DNA from: Prasinococcaceae sp. CCMP 1430
Lineage: Eukaryota > Plantae > Prasinodermophyta
Length of the DNA stretch: 64,000 nt
Assembly (NCBI GenBank): GCA_013416795.1
Contig: RQSC01000027.1
Coordinates: 848,409-912,408 of the forward strand
Direction: 5' to 3'
The position numbers and the translations under genes were made by a program. This document shows, one piece after another, positions 54,543 through 64,000 of this stretch; positions within the stretch are counted from its first letter, which is position 1; each line of letters starts with the position of its first letter. The notes beneath the pieces are model-generated. The model was not told the DNA's origin, did not search any database, and saw nothing but the letters and a program-made list of their open reading frames with translations.

Positions 54543-55999
54543 CTACTCGGCGTTTCCGTGGACGTGGCGTTCGCCGTACGCGTCGTAGGCTGTGCTGTGA
54601 AGGGTTGGGCAGGGGCACGTGAGATACGTATCAATAGGAGAAGGCGTGCGGAGTCCCCACAACCAGATCCTTGCGGTGAAGTTTGCACTGCGCGCGGACG
54701 TGAGCGCCAGAAGGCAGGATCCTGTCAGCGTGGGTGGTAGATGTGGAACCATCTACCTGCTGTCTGTGCGTGCGTGGGATGCGCATCTGAGTGAGGACAT
54801 GCGCAGAGAAGGGCGGGCCTCGACACGCACCGAAGAATAAAGAGCACTTGCTCCGCGTAGTCGCACTGCGCGGCGTAAAGAGCGATCAGCTTGATCACTC
54901 CTGCCTCTTGGGGCAGGAACGTTTGATTGATTGCCGCGTTTGGAGTCAGGGTGCTGTGTCCTGCTTTGGCAGTGCCGGTGAAGGTCATGTTCCCCGCAGG
55001 CGAGCGGAGGTAGCGCACCTGCACGTCTGCGCTTATGGAAGACCGGAAGAAGCCCGGGTTTTGGACGCTGAATACTGGGCGCACTTGGAGCTCCCAACCG
55101 CCGCGAGCGCTCGCGTTGAACTGCAATGTGGCATCGATAGGCCGCACAAGACTCACGCTGACGTCGCGTGGCACCAACACGTAAACGCAGACCGTCGCCA
55201 GCGCAAACATGACGGCCGCGACCACAAAAGCAATGCGCGTGCGGCGCTGGCGCTCCCACGGCTGCAGCCGCTGATCGGACAGGGGCAAAAGCGCTATGTA
55301 GTCGCTCGGCGCGGCGGCCCCCGGTATGCGCCCTGCTGGCGAGGTGAGTGCCGGCAGCGCCACGCGCTCACCGCGCCATGAGGCCGAGCGCATAGCCGCC
55401 TGAGACTCGCGCTCCAATAGGGGAATCGACGCGTCGTCGGAAACTTCGTTGGTCCTGCTGCGATCTTGTGCTGCCGTGCTTGCCTCGATCGTTGCCAAGT
55501 CCGACTCGATGTCTGCTGCGTCGCTCGCTGACGTGAGCACGCCCTCCCGGCCCCCGGCGGCGAATGGGACACCTGGTCCGCCAGAGTATACGCGCGGTAC
55601 ACCTAACGGGGTCGGCTCGTGGGAGGGCAACCTCGGCGAGCGCGTGTCGACGGGAGGAGGGCGCTGCGTTGCTGGCAGCGAGGACAACGATGGTGGGTCG
55701 CCTGCCAAAGGGCTCGGCGCCACAGGCAACACCGCGGGCGATGTGAGCGCCGGGCCACCCGGCGACACGGGCGCGGCGCCCGCTCGCACGCCGAGATGAC
55801 GCCTGTGCTGCTTGCTTTCCCCACGCGCCCTCTCGCTGCTCGTCGAAGTAGGCGAAGTACTGCCCGCGGCGAGGAGCTCGGCTGCAGCCTCGCGCAGCGC
55901 GACGAGGTGCCCGTCACCGAGTTCGCGCCGCGCGCCGCTGCCCGGCGTCGCCCCCCTCCGAGCCCCCGCTGCACCCCCCCCGTGCGTCTGCTCAGCCAT
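54543..55999 (-). CDS. TMEM106 (DUF1356)-like type II membrane protein, 2 exons: 55999-54831, 54687-54543 (437 aa)
   Basis: GRIP...DYIALLPLSDQRLQP...RRTR + TM + VLVPRDVSV mirrors TMEM106B GRIP...LVALIPYSDQRLRPRRT...FLFPRSIDV. Beta-rich lumenal part with NAS, NMT, NQT and NFT sequons. Confidence 0.75.
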
Positions 56000-56215
56000 G
56001 GATGACGCTGCCGGCAATGTGCACTGGCAGCTTCGCACCGCGCCGCGCGTGTGGCGTGCCCGCGCCCGCCGCCGCCCTCTGCTGGCGCGCCCACGCGCCG
56101 ACGCCACGCCCTGCATGCGCCCTCGCTTGGCGCGCTGCTATCGCGCCTGCGCATACACATATGGCTGTTTCGGCTGCAGCGTAATCAGGGTTCACATATC
56201 ATACCTAAATATCTC

Positions 56216-56224
56216 AAACCCTAA
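56216..56224. promoter_or_regulatory. Telo-box-like motif AAACCCTAA
   Basis: Exact AAACCCTAA in an AT-rich patch about 217 bp upstream of the TMEM106-like ATG. Confidence 0.35.
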
Positions 56225-56628
56225 TCCTGTCGCGCGCGATGATCTCGACTCGACGCTCGGAGTCCTTCGCCGCCGGGACGGCTCGGGCGTGGGGTGTTGC
56301 TGTGTGGGGTGGGCGCCACAGCGCGAGCGCCGTGCCCGCAGCAGCAGGACGTTGATCGTCACAGGTCGGGGCGCAAGTCTACCAGGGAGAGTCTGACCGG
56401 CCAGCGCGGTCCCACGCCTGGGACGACGCTTGAGGCGCAGCGATGGACGAGCGCGACCATCGATCGCGCAGCTGCCGCTGACGCGGTGCCTGTGGTGGAC
56501 TTGACTTGACGTGCGCGGAGCACGGAGACGCGCACGCGGGGAGTTGTGGATAATCAGTGGGGGGATTGCCTCGACAGCACGCCTGTTTTTAGCTACGATA
56601 CCACGCACACTAGCTAGAGCCTCGTGCC

Positions 56629-57412
56629 CTACTTTCCGCTTTCTGCCGCCCAGTTCTTGAACATTTCGGGGTTGGCATCTGTGCTTTTGTGGTCCTGCGG
56701 CCGTGGAGCACTCTCGTACACGATGTTGCCCACCACCTCTCGGCGCACGCTGGTCGACGTGCCCTGCGCGCAGCACGCGTGACCAGGTCAGGAGCGTGCA
56801 AGGGCGATGGCATCGCGGGAGCACAAGCGGCGCGCAAAGTGCCGGTACTGCGGAGTGCCGGCGCACCTTGAAGCCAATGTACCAGATCCCCGTGGCTGAG
56901 TCCTCACCGGCATAGTTGCGCGGCACGTGCATCCAGATCTCGTGCACGCCCTGCCACTTGCGCGCTTCGGTCGGGTACTCGAGGCGCGCGTCGAGTTCCT
57001 CAGAAAGGTCGAACTTCTGCGTCGGCTTCCTCTCGCCCGCGCTCTCGAAATCTAGGTCGTTCACGTTGACGAAGCAGCGCAGCTCGGCGGGGGCACCGCC
57101 GCCACGGGCGCCGACCACCGCCAGAGACGTGATGTTCACGTTGGTGTCGAACGGGACGTACAAGAGCAGCTCGGCGTCGTCCTCGTTGGAGCGGACCGGC
57201 GGCTCGTCGCCATCAAAGACAAAGCGCTCTGAGTGGGGCTTGAACGCGCGGGCGAGCGTCTCGGGCGCGTCATCCTCGGCGTTGAGGGCGCGCAGGGACG
57301 TGGTGTCCACGCGCATGTGCAGGTCCCACTGCCCCACCACGTCCTCCGGCGCCGGTCCGTGGTTGCACCCGGCGTGCCCGCACCCCCCACCGCCGTGGTC
57401 CTGGTGCGCCAT
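56629..57412 (-). CDS. PITHD1: PITH-domain protein (PITHD1-like), 2 exons: 57412-56867, 56763-56629 (226 aa)
   Basis: LRALN, SNEDDAELLLYVPF, NVNDLDFESA..RKPTQ, LEYPT..KWQGV...WYIGFK|G, IVYESAPRPQDHK; His/Cys-rich N-terminus. Confidence 0.88.
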
Positions 57413-57772
57413 CCTCACGCCCACCGGGGAGCGCCTTCGCCGTCGCCAGCCTTCCCCCCCCCGCCCCGCCTGGCCTCACAGGCGCCTAGCCTCTAGCGAG
57501 CGCCCGCGCCGCCCACCTCCTCGCCCCTCCCCCCCCCCAACTCCTTGACACACACCCGGCCTCCGACCGTGCTGCCGCGCCTCTGCGCCGCGAGCGCGGA
57601 GTGGCAGCGGCGCGCGGCGCTTCATCTAATAAATCGGCTCAGGCGAGGTGGTGTTGCGAGGTGGCGGCCGCCAGCACAGCGCGCGCGCGGCGCGCCGTGT
57701 GCGCGCTGCGCTGGCAAGGGGCGGGGAGGTCAGGCGAGGGAAAGGGGGCTCGTCCTGGCCCCCGCCCGCGCC

Positions 57773-58466
57773 ATGAGCGCGCCCGCGCAGCGCGTGCCCG
57801 TGGGCGGCGGCGGCCTGCGATGTGCGTGGCGGCGGCGGCGGCGGCGGCGGCGGCGCGGGTGCCGGCGGCGGTGCAGGAGGTGAGGGAAGCCCCTCGACGG
57901 CTGCCGCCGTGCGTGAGGAGGAGCGCAGGCTGGCCACGTCGGTCTGCGAGCGCTGCGGTGAGCCCGGTGTGCTCGCCGACTATGCTCGCGCATTCGACGT
58001 GCTCGTCTGCCGGCGATGCACCAAAGAGGAGCCCGAACGCTACGAGCTGCTGCCCAAGGGCCAGGCGCGCGACGAGTACGTCCTGAGCGACCGCGACCTC
58101 GCCCCGCTGCGGACGCTGCGCCGGGGTAACCCCCGAAATCACCGCTGGGCAGACCTGCGCCTGTACATCCGTGTGGAGCTGGCCCGGGTGCAGGCGCGCA
58201 AGCACGGAAGCGCTGCGAGGGCGCACGCGAAGCGCGACGCGGCCGACGCGGCGCGTGCCGCGCGCGACGCCAAGCGGCGCCGGCGCGAGGAGACGCGCCC
58301 CGCACGCGAGGCGGCGGCCGCAGCGATGGTGCAGGCTGCTGAGAAGGCCGTCGCGCACGAGCACACCTACGGAGAGGCCGTCAGCGCGCACGATCCGGCC
58401 AACGAGGACCTCATGGTGAAGACGTGCACGGTGTGCGGCTTCGAGTGCCGCTTCGAGCAGCTCTGA
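57773..58466 (+). CDS. XPA: DNA repair protein XPA/RAD14 homologue; exact 5' end uncertain
   Basis: C4 zinc finger CERC...FDVLVCRRC, YELLPKGQARDEYVLSDRDL, NPRNHRWADLRLY, C-terminal HEHTY...KTCTVCGFECRFEQL. The nearest ATG (57773) is out of frame with the 57822 frame across a GGC repeat, so an intron or indel is needed. Confidence 0.9.
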
Positions 58467-58599
58467 TGCGGGCGTGGGCGGTCGTTGTTGTAACAAAGTT
58501 GTATCCTCAATGGCACAAAGGGCGCGCGGGCGCACGCGCGGGCGGAATGTGCGCTCATCTCGGTGCCCCTCCGCGCCCCCCTCCACCCCCCTTGGCGTG

Positions 58600-59713
58600 T
58601 CACGGAAAGCCCGTGCGCTTGGCGTCGATGGGCATCACCTTGATCACCTGCTGGCCCGTCCACGCGGCGCCTGGTTTCAGCTCCACGGCGTTCTCTACGG
58701 CCGCGGGCTCGACGCACACCATGCGCTTCCACTCGTCGTCGCCGAAGTCGCCCATGCGCGCGCTCTTGGCGACGTGCGGATTCCACACGACAGCGTCGGG
58801 CAGGCCATGCTTCTCGACGCCGATGGCGCGGCCGCCCGCCTCGTCCTCGATGGTGAGCCAATCGGGCGCGCCGCAGTATATGCGATCGAACTCGCCGTCG
58901 AAGTTGATGGTGTCGGCGTCGTCGCCGTCGAAGCGCTTGCGGCCAGCGAGCGCGCTCTTGTCGGGGACGTTGCCGTCGTGGTAGGGCACGCCCTTCAGTC
59001 CCAGCACGCGCGTCTTCGCGATGTCCGCCACGCCAAAGTACGTGTGGAGCGCCGCTGTGAAGCTAAACGGCGCGTCGCCCGTGTTGAGCACGGCGAGCGT
59101 CGTCTTGAGCACGCCCGACGTGGCCGACGCGGCCGACCCCGATCCGCCGAGCTTCACCGTGAGCTGCAGCTCGAAGTCGTGAGGCCACATCGCGCGCGTC
59201 TCGTCGTTCGACTGCGCCAGCGCACGCAGGGCAAGGGAGCGAGTCCGCCGCGGTCGCCGCTGTCAGCGCGCGCGCGGGTGACAGCGGCGGCCGCGCCGCT
59301 GGCGGTGGTGGCTGCGCGCCCAGCGGCGCACGGGCCAAGTCTGCGCGCGCGCGCGCGACAGCGCATCCGCCTCGAGGCGCGGTGCACACCTTGAGCGTCA
59401 TCACGACCTGGTCGTCCGTCTGCACCTTGACGGCCCACTCCGAGTTTCTGGCGAAGCCGTGCGCCTGCAGATCGCCCACGCCCCCGAACTGCGGCCAGCA
59501 CACGGGCACGCCGCCGCGCAACGCCTTGGGCGGCTTGAAGACCGCCGCCTCGCTCGTGAAGAGGTTCTCGCCGCCGTCCGCATCGGTCCACGACGCGACG
59601 TGCGCGCCGTGGGTGAAGACGACGCACGCCTCGCCGCTGGGCGAGCGCAGCGTCACGCGCGGCATGCCGCTGTCGGCCTCCGAGGGCAGCGCACGCGGGC
59701 GGGAGGGGCCCAT
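58600..59713 (-). CDS. D-hexose-6-phosphate mutarotase / aldose 1-epimerase family, 2 exons: 59713-59390, 59211-58600
   Basis: HGAHVASW, ALRGGVPVCWPQFG, HGFARN, FTAALHTYF, DAVVWNP, WKRMVCVEP; phase-0 intron 59389-59212. Confidence 0.92.
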
Positions 59714-59770
59714 CGCGTCCGCGCGCGAGCGCTTCGCGGACGGGCCGGGGCCAGAGGGGCAGGCGGCGNG

Positions 59771-61084
59771 GCGTTCGATGGGGCACTGGCCGCGCGCTCG
59801 GGCACGCTTGGGCGAGCCTCCGCGCGGCCCGCGGTGGGGGAGGTCGAGGGGCCGCTTCTCGTGCGCGATTCGCGCGAGTACCTCGCTGCTGCGTGCGCCG
59901 GCGGCGACGGGCGGGCCGGCCTCCCGCTCGGCGCGGCACAGCGGGCGGCCGTGTGCGCGCACGCCGGGGCGGACCCCCAGGCGAGCGCGCAGGCTGGGGA
60001 CGCGCCCGCGCAGGCTGGCACCCGCTGCCGCCCAGACATTGTGCTCGCCGGTTCGACCAAGTGCGGCTCGTCGTCGCTGTTCGCGGCGCTGACGCGGCGG
60101 TTTGGCGCAGCTGCTGGCGGCGGCGGCGGCGGCGGGGGCAGGGCGGACGGTGCGGTCCTCATCGAGCCGCTGCGGAAGGAGCAGCCGTTCTTCACGAGGG
60201 CCGACAGGGAGGCGTCGCCGTACTTCGGGACGGAAACGAACGCGTCGGACGTGGCCGTCCGGTACCTCTCCGCCCTGCTGCTGCCGAGGAGCATGCAGGC
60301 GCGAGAGCGCCCGCCGAGGGGCCGGCCAGCGTCCGCGCACCCGGTGCGCGGGCAGGCGCAGCTCACCATCGACGGGCAGGTGCGCACGCTGCAGGCCGGC
60401 AGGCGCGCGGCGCGCACTGCCGCGGCGTTCTGCCCGGACACCAAGGTCGTGTTGATCCTGTGCGAGCCGGCGTCGCGAGCGCACCGACACTACAGCTTCC
60501 GCGCGTTCGGGAAGGGCATCTTCGCGGCGCGGAAGGCGAAGTACGCCAACCAGACGTTCGATCTGCTCGTGGAGCGCCAGTTGCAGGAGCTGCCGCCCGA
60601 GGTGGTCGAGCTGAGGAGGGCGTTGCTGTCGTCCCCGGACGACGAGGAGGCCATCGCGCGCGCGGAGAGGGCGGCCGCGGAGAGCCTCGACGCCGTCGAC
60701 AGCCGCGACACGACGACGTTCCTGACGCTGGGGCTGTACGCTGCCGCCATGCGCCCGTGGCTCGACGTCTTTCCCTCTCGCAGCTTCTGCGTGACGAGCC
60801 TTGGGCGCTTCGCGGCGGACCAGGAGGCGGTCGTGGACGAGATCGGGCGCTGCGTGGGGCTCTCCGCCGCGGCCGGCCCGCGCGTCCGCGGCGGCGGCGG
60901 GCCGCGCGAACGGGCCATCCACCGCAACCCCAATCCCGACAAGTCGGACGCCAGCGCGCACGCGTTCGCGGCGCTGCGCGAGTTCTACGCGCCGTTCGAC
61001 GCGCGCCTCGACGCCGTGCTCGGCGATCCCGTGGCCCAAGAGTGGCGGGCCGCCGCCGCCGCCGGCGCCGCCTCGTTTCTGTAG
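59771..61084 (+). CDS. PAPS-dependent sulfotransferase-domain protein (heparan-sulfate 3-O/N-sulfotransferase-like fold), 5' partial
   Basis: PDIVLAGSTKCGSSSL (5'-PSB-like), KEQPFF, KVVLILCEPASRA, GLYAAAMRPWLDVFP, LREFYAPFDARL. The frame starts right after the single N at 59769 and has no nearby ATG. Confidence 0.72.
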   Translation, partial: AFDGALAARSGTLGRASARPAVGEVEGPLLVRDSREYLAAACAGGDGRAGLPLGAAQRAAVCAHAGADPQASAQAGDAPAQAGTRCRPDIVLAGSTKCGSSSLFAALTRRFGAAAGGGGGGGGRADGAVLIEPLRKEQPFFTRADREASPYFGTETNASDVAVRYLSALLLPRSMQARERPPRGRPASAHPVRGQAQLTIDGQVRTLQAGRRAARTAAAFCPDTKVVLILCEPASRAHRHYSFRAFGKGIFAARKAKYANQTFDLLVERQLQELPPEVVELRRALLSSPDDEEAIARAERAAAESLDAVDSRDTTTFLTLGLYAAAMRPWLDVFPSRSFCVTSLGRFAADQEAVVDEIGRCVGLSAAAGPRVRGGGGPRERAIHRNPNPDKSDASAHAFAALREFYAPFDARLDAVLGDPVAQEWRAAAAAGAASFL

Positions 61085-61144
61085 AGTGACCATTTTTTTT
61101 GCGCGGAGAGGGGGCGGCGGCGGCGGCGCTGGCTGGCTCCCCCC

Positions 61145-61157
61145 NNNNNNNNNNNNN
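61145..61157. other. Short assembly gap with duplicated flanks
   Basis: GCGGCGCTGGCTGGCTCCCCCC occurs on both sides of 13 N. Confidence 0.95.
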
Positions 61158-61299
61158 GCGGCGCTGGCTGGCTCCCCCCCCCGCGCGCGGCTCGCGGCGC
61201 GCCGCCGCGCTCGGCGTCTCCTCTTTCACTCTTTTACGTCTGAAGGGGGGGGCCGGCGCCGCGGGGCGCTCGGCCGTGCGGAGAGTGCGGGCCGCTCGG

Positions 61300-62662
61300 C
61301 TAGGCCGAGCCCTCCTCAAAGAGCACGGCCGCGCGGCCCTGCAGCACGTACGCCCCGCCGCCCGGCAGGTCGTCCCCGCTGCCCAGGCCGGCCACGGCCG
61401 AGGGCATCGCCGTGTCGGCGACGCGCCTCCACACCATGCCCGGCGTGGAGTTGGCCGGCAGCGCCACGCGCACGGCGCCCTCGCCTCCGTTCAGCGCCAC
61501 GAAGGCGCCGCCGCTGGTCGGCTTCGCCGGGCTGAGCTGCGCCACGAGGCACTGGCTGCCCTCTGTTTCGCCCGCGAACGCCCACTCGCTGCCGTACGTC
61601 CACTTTGAGTCGCCGGGCTTGCCGCCGTAGTCGTGCGTCCGGAAGCCCGCGCCCACGCCGGCGGCGTCGAGGTCGGCGTCGGTCTGTGGGGGGATGGGGC
61701 ACAGCAGGTCCGTGCGGCGCCTGCGAAAGTCCGCGAGGGCCTCGACGTGCCCGAGGATCTCGCTGGCGAACTCGTTGCCCGCTCGCCCCCCCCCGGTCGC
61801 GTGCGACAGGTCCATGATCTCCGCGCCCGGGTGCGCTCGCTCGGCCCCGCCGCGGCTGAACCCGTACTCGTCGCCCATCGCCACCCAGGGCGCGCCGCGC
61901 GCGACGTAGGCGAGGAGCAGCAGGTTCTTCACGAGGCGGTGGTCGCCCGGCGCCACCGAGTCGGCGATGGGCGTCTCGTCGCGCAGCCGCAGGTAGTTGA
62001 TGCCCTGGTAGGGGAAGCGCGCGTTCCCGACGCGCGAGCGCGAGCCGCGCAGCGCGTCCGCGGCCATGGCCGCCGCGTTGCCCGGGCGGGTGCCCGGCGG
62101 GGCGAAGAAGGAGTGCGCGGCGTTCGCGAAGGCGGGGTTGAGCTCGCTCCAGCGCCCCCAGTGGGCGAAGGTGCCCACCCGGTCCAGCGCCCACGGCTGC
62201 ACCACCAGCCGCGCGCCCGCCAGCTCGGGGTCGTGCGCGATGGCCTCGGAGAGCGGCGAGATCGCCGGCCCCCCGTCGCCCGGCAGCGCCCACGCGTCGA
62301 GCACGCGGAAGCCGTCCACGCACAGCGAGCGCTGCAGCCGGCGCAGCGAGTGCAGCACCGCCTCGTGCACCATCGGGTCGGAGAGGTCGAGCATCGACGC
62401 GGCCGTCGTGTAGAGCCCCGCGGAGTACGCGCCCCCGCCGTGGAACTGGACGTTGCCCACGTCGTTGGTGCGGTAGTACGACGGGCTGTCGAGCCCCGCG
62501 AAGCCCACCACCTGCGCGTCGCCGTCCTCCGCCGTGGAGGCCACGCGCGCGTCCACGAGGACGGCCAGCCCCGCGGCGTGCAGGGAGCGCACGATCTGGC
62601 GCGCGCCGGCCTCGCACGCGTCGGCGGAGGCGCCCCACGGCACGCCGGCGGCGGCGGCCGCC
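61300..62662 (-). CDS. ISA2: Isoamylase-type GH13 starch debranching protein, ISA2-like; 5' part in gap
   Basis: GLDSPSYY, LDLSDPMVHEAVLHSLR..VDGFR, AIAHDPELAGARLV, GRWSELN, GAPWVAMGDEYG, FVALN, WRRVADTA. Catalytic residues appear altered, as in ISA2. Confidence 0.78.
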
Positions 62663-63434
62663 NNNNNNNNNNNNNNNNNNNNNNNNNNNNNNNNNNNNNN
62701 NNNNNNNNNNNNNNNNNNNNNNNNNNNNNNNNNNNNNNNNNNNNNNNNNNNNNNNNNNNNNNNNNNNNNNNNNNNNNNNNNNNNNNNNNNNNNNNNNNNN
62801 NNNNNNNNNNNNNNNNNNNNNNNNNNNNNNNNNNNNNNNNNNNNNNNNNNNNNNNNNNNNNNNNNNNNNNNNNNNNNNNNNNNNNNNNNNNNNNNNNNNN
62901 NNNNNNNNNNNNNNNNNNNNNNNNNNNNNNNNNNNNNNNNNNNNNNNNNNNNNNNNNNNNNNNNNNNNNNNNNNNNNNNNNNNNNNNNNNNNNNNNNNNN
63001 NNNNNNNNNNNNNNNNNNNNNNNNNNNNNNNNNNNNNNNNNNNNNNNNNNNNNNNNNNNNNNNNNNNNNNNNNNNNNNNNNNNNNNNNNNNNNNNNNNNN
63101 NNNNNNNNNNNNNNNNNNNNNNNNNNNNNNNNNNNNNNNNNNNNNNNNNNNNNNNNNNNNNNNNNNNNNNNNNNNNNNNNNNNNNNNNNNNNNNNNNNNN
63201 NNNNNNNNNNNNNNNNNNNNNNNNNNNNNNNNNNNNNNNNNNNNNNNNNNNNNNNNNNNNNNNNNNNNNNNNNNNNNNNNNNNNNNNNNNNNNNNNNNNN
63301 NNNNNNNNNNNNNNNNNNNNNNNNNNNNNNNNNNNNNNNNNNNNNNNNNNNNNNNNNNNNNNNNNNNNNNNNNNNNNNNNNNNNNNNNNNNNNNNNNNNN
63401 NNNNNNNNNNNNNNNNNNNNNNNNNNNNNNNNNN
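62663..63434. other. Assembly gap (N-run)
   Basis: Run of N. Confidence 1.
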
Positions 63435-64000
63435 CTCGCGCGCGTGGCGCGGCGCGCGCCCCGGATTCCGCGACGGATTCCGCGCGACGCCCGGGAGGCG
63501 CGCGCGCGTCCCAGTTCCGACGACCCAGCGCGTTCTGCGCGAATGCCGCGCGGCGCTCGCGCGGGGTTTTCGGGGGGTTTCGAGGCCGCGCATGCGGGGG
63601 CGCCGCGGGATCACTTTTCCTTTTCGGCGCGACCGAAAAGGGATGCGGAGGAAAAAGCGGGGGACCGGCGCCAGCCAGACACAGCCGGGCCCAGGTCTGG
63701 CTGGGTGCGGCGGGGGGGCGGGGTGGGACCTGGGTTGGGTGGTTGGCGCGAGCGGAACGCGAACACGGACGAGCGCCCGTCCGTCCGTCCGTCCGCCCAT
63801 CCGTTCCTGGCCGCGCGCGTCCGATCCGCGTCGACGCGCGCGCGCCCGCCATTCCGTGGTCGCTGGCGGGCTGGTGGTGTGCGCTCTGCACCGCGTCGTT
63901 TTCAGTGGTACCTTCAGTAACCCCACATTTTCGCTCGCCCGCACATTTTGCCTGGCTTCACCGCCAGACAGGCCATTTTCGGCGTGTTCGATAGTATAGT

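Noticed and set aside
61121-61180. Direct repeat flanking a short gap as a target-site duplication
   Set aside because: Identical sequence on both sides of 13 N next to a poly-C run is typical of an unmerged contig overlap

Overview
Eukaryotic nuclear DNA: very GC-rich (about 70% by eye), gene-dense, with short GT-AG introns (donors GTGCGC/GTGAGC/GTAAGT, often a GCTGAC branch-like motif, CAG acceptors). An isoamylase-type GH13 gene, PDAT and plant-type HERP-like and CREST-like genes point to a compact-genome green alga (prasinophyte/Prasinoderma-like; inference, not a database result). About 32 protein-coding loci are supported. In order: a >2,000-aa secreted fibrocystin-L-like protein missing from the ORF track (it runs off the window), ERK7/MAPK15-like kinase, SYLF protein, PDAT, a hypothetical protein, mitochondrial carrier, a decayed chromodomain locus, a Met/His-repeat fragment, coiled-coil and hypothetical proteins, BAH protein, ARM-like protein, class I HDAC, 2OG-Fe(II) dioxygenase, CREST membrane protein, GT4, ACBP-ankyrin, AKR, NAP/SET, ABCG, RMDN-like protein, divergent actin, PP2C, HERP-like UBL protein, AP-4 epsilon, Vps72/SWC2, TMEM106-like protein, PITH protein, XPA, hexose-6-P epimerase, sulfotransferase and ISA2-like isoamylase. 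I saw no rRNA, tRNA, CRISPR array or intact transposon. Four N-runs and three single Ns interrupt several genes. Family assignments come from motif recognition by eye. Most long ORFs in the supplied track are antisense or alternative-frame shadows of these genes.
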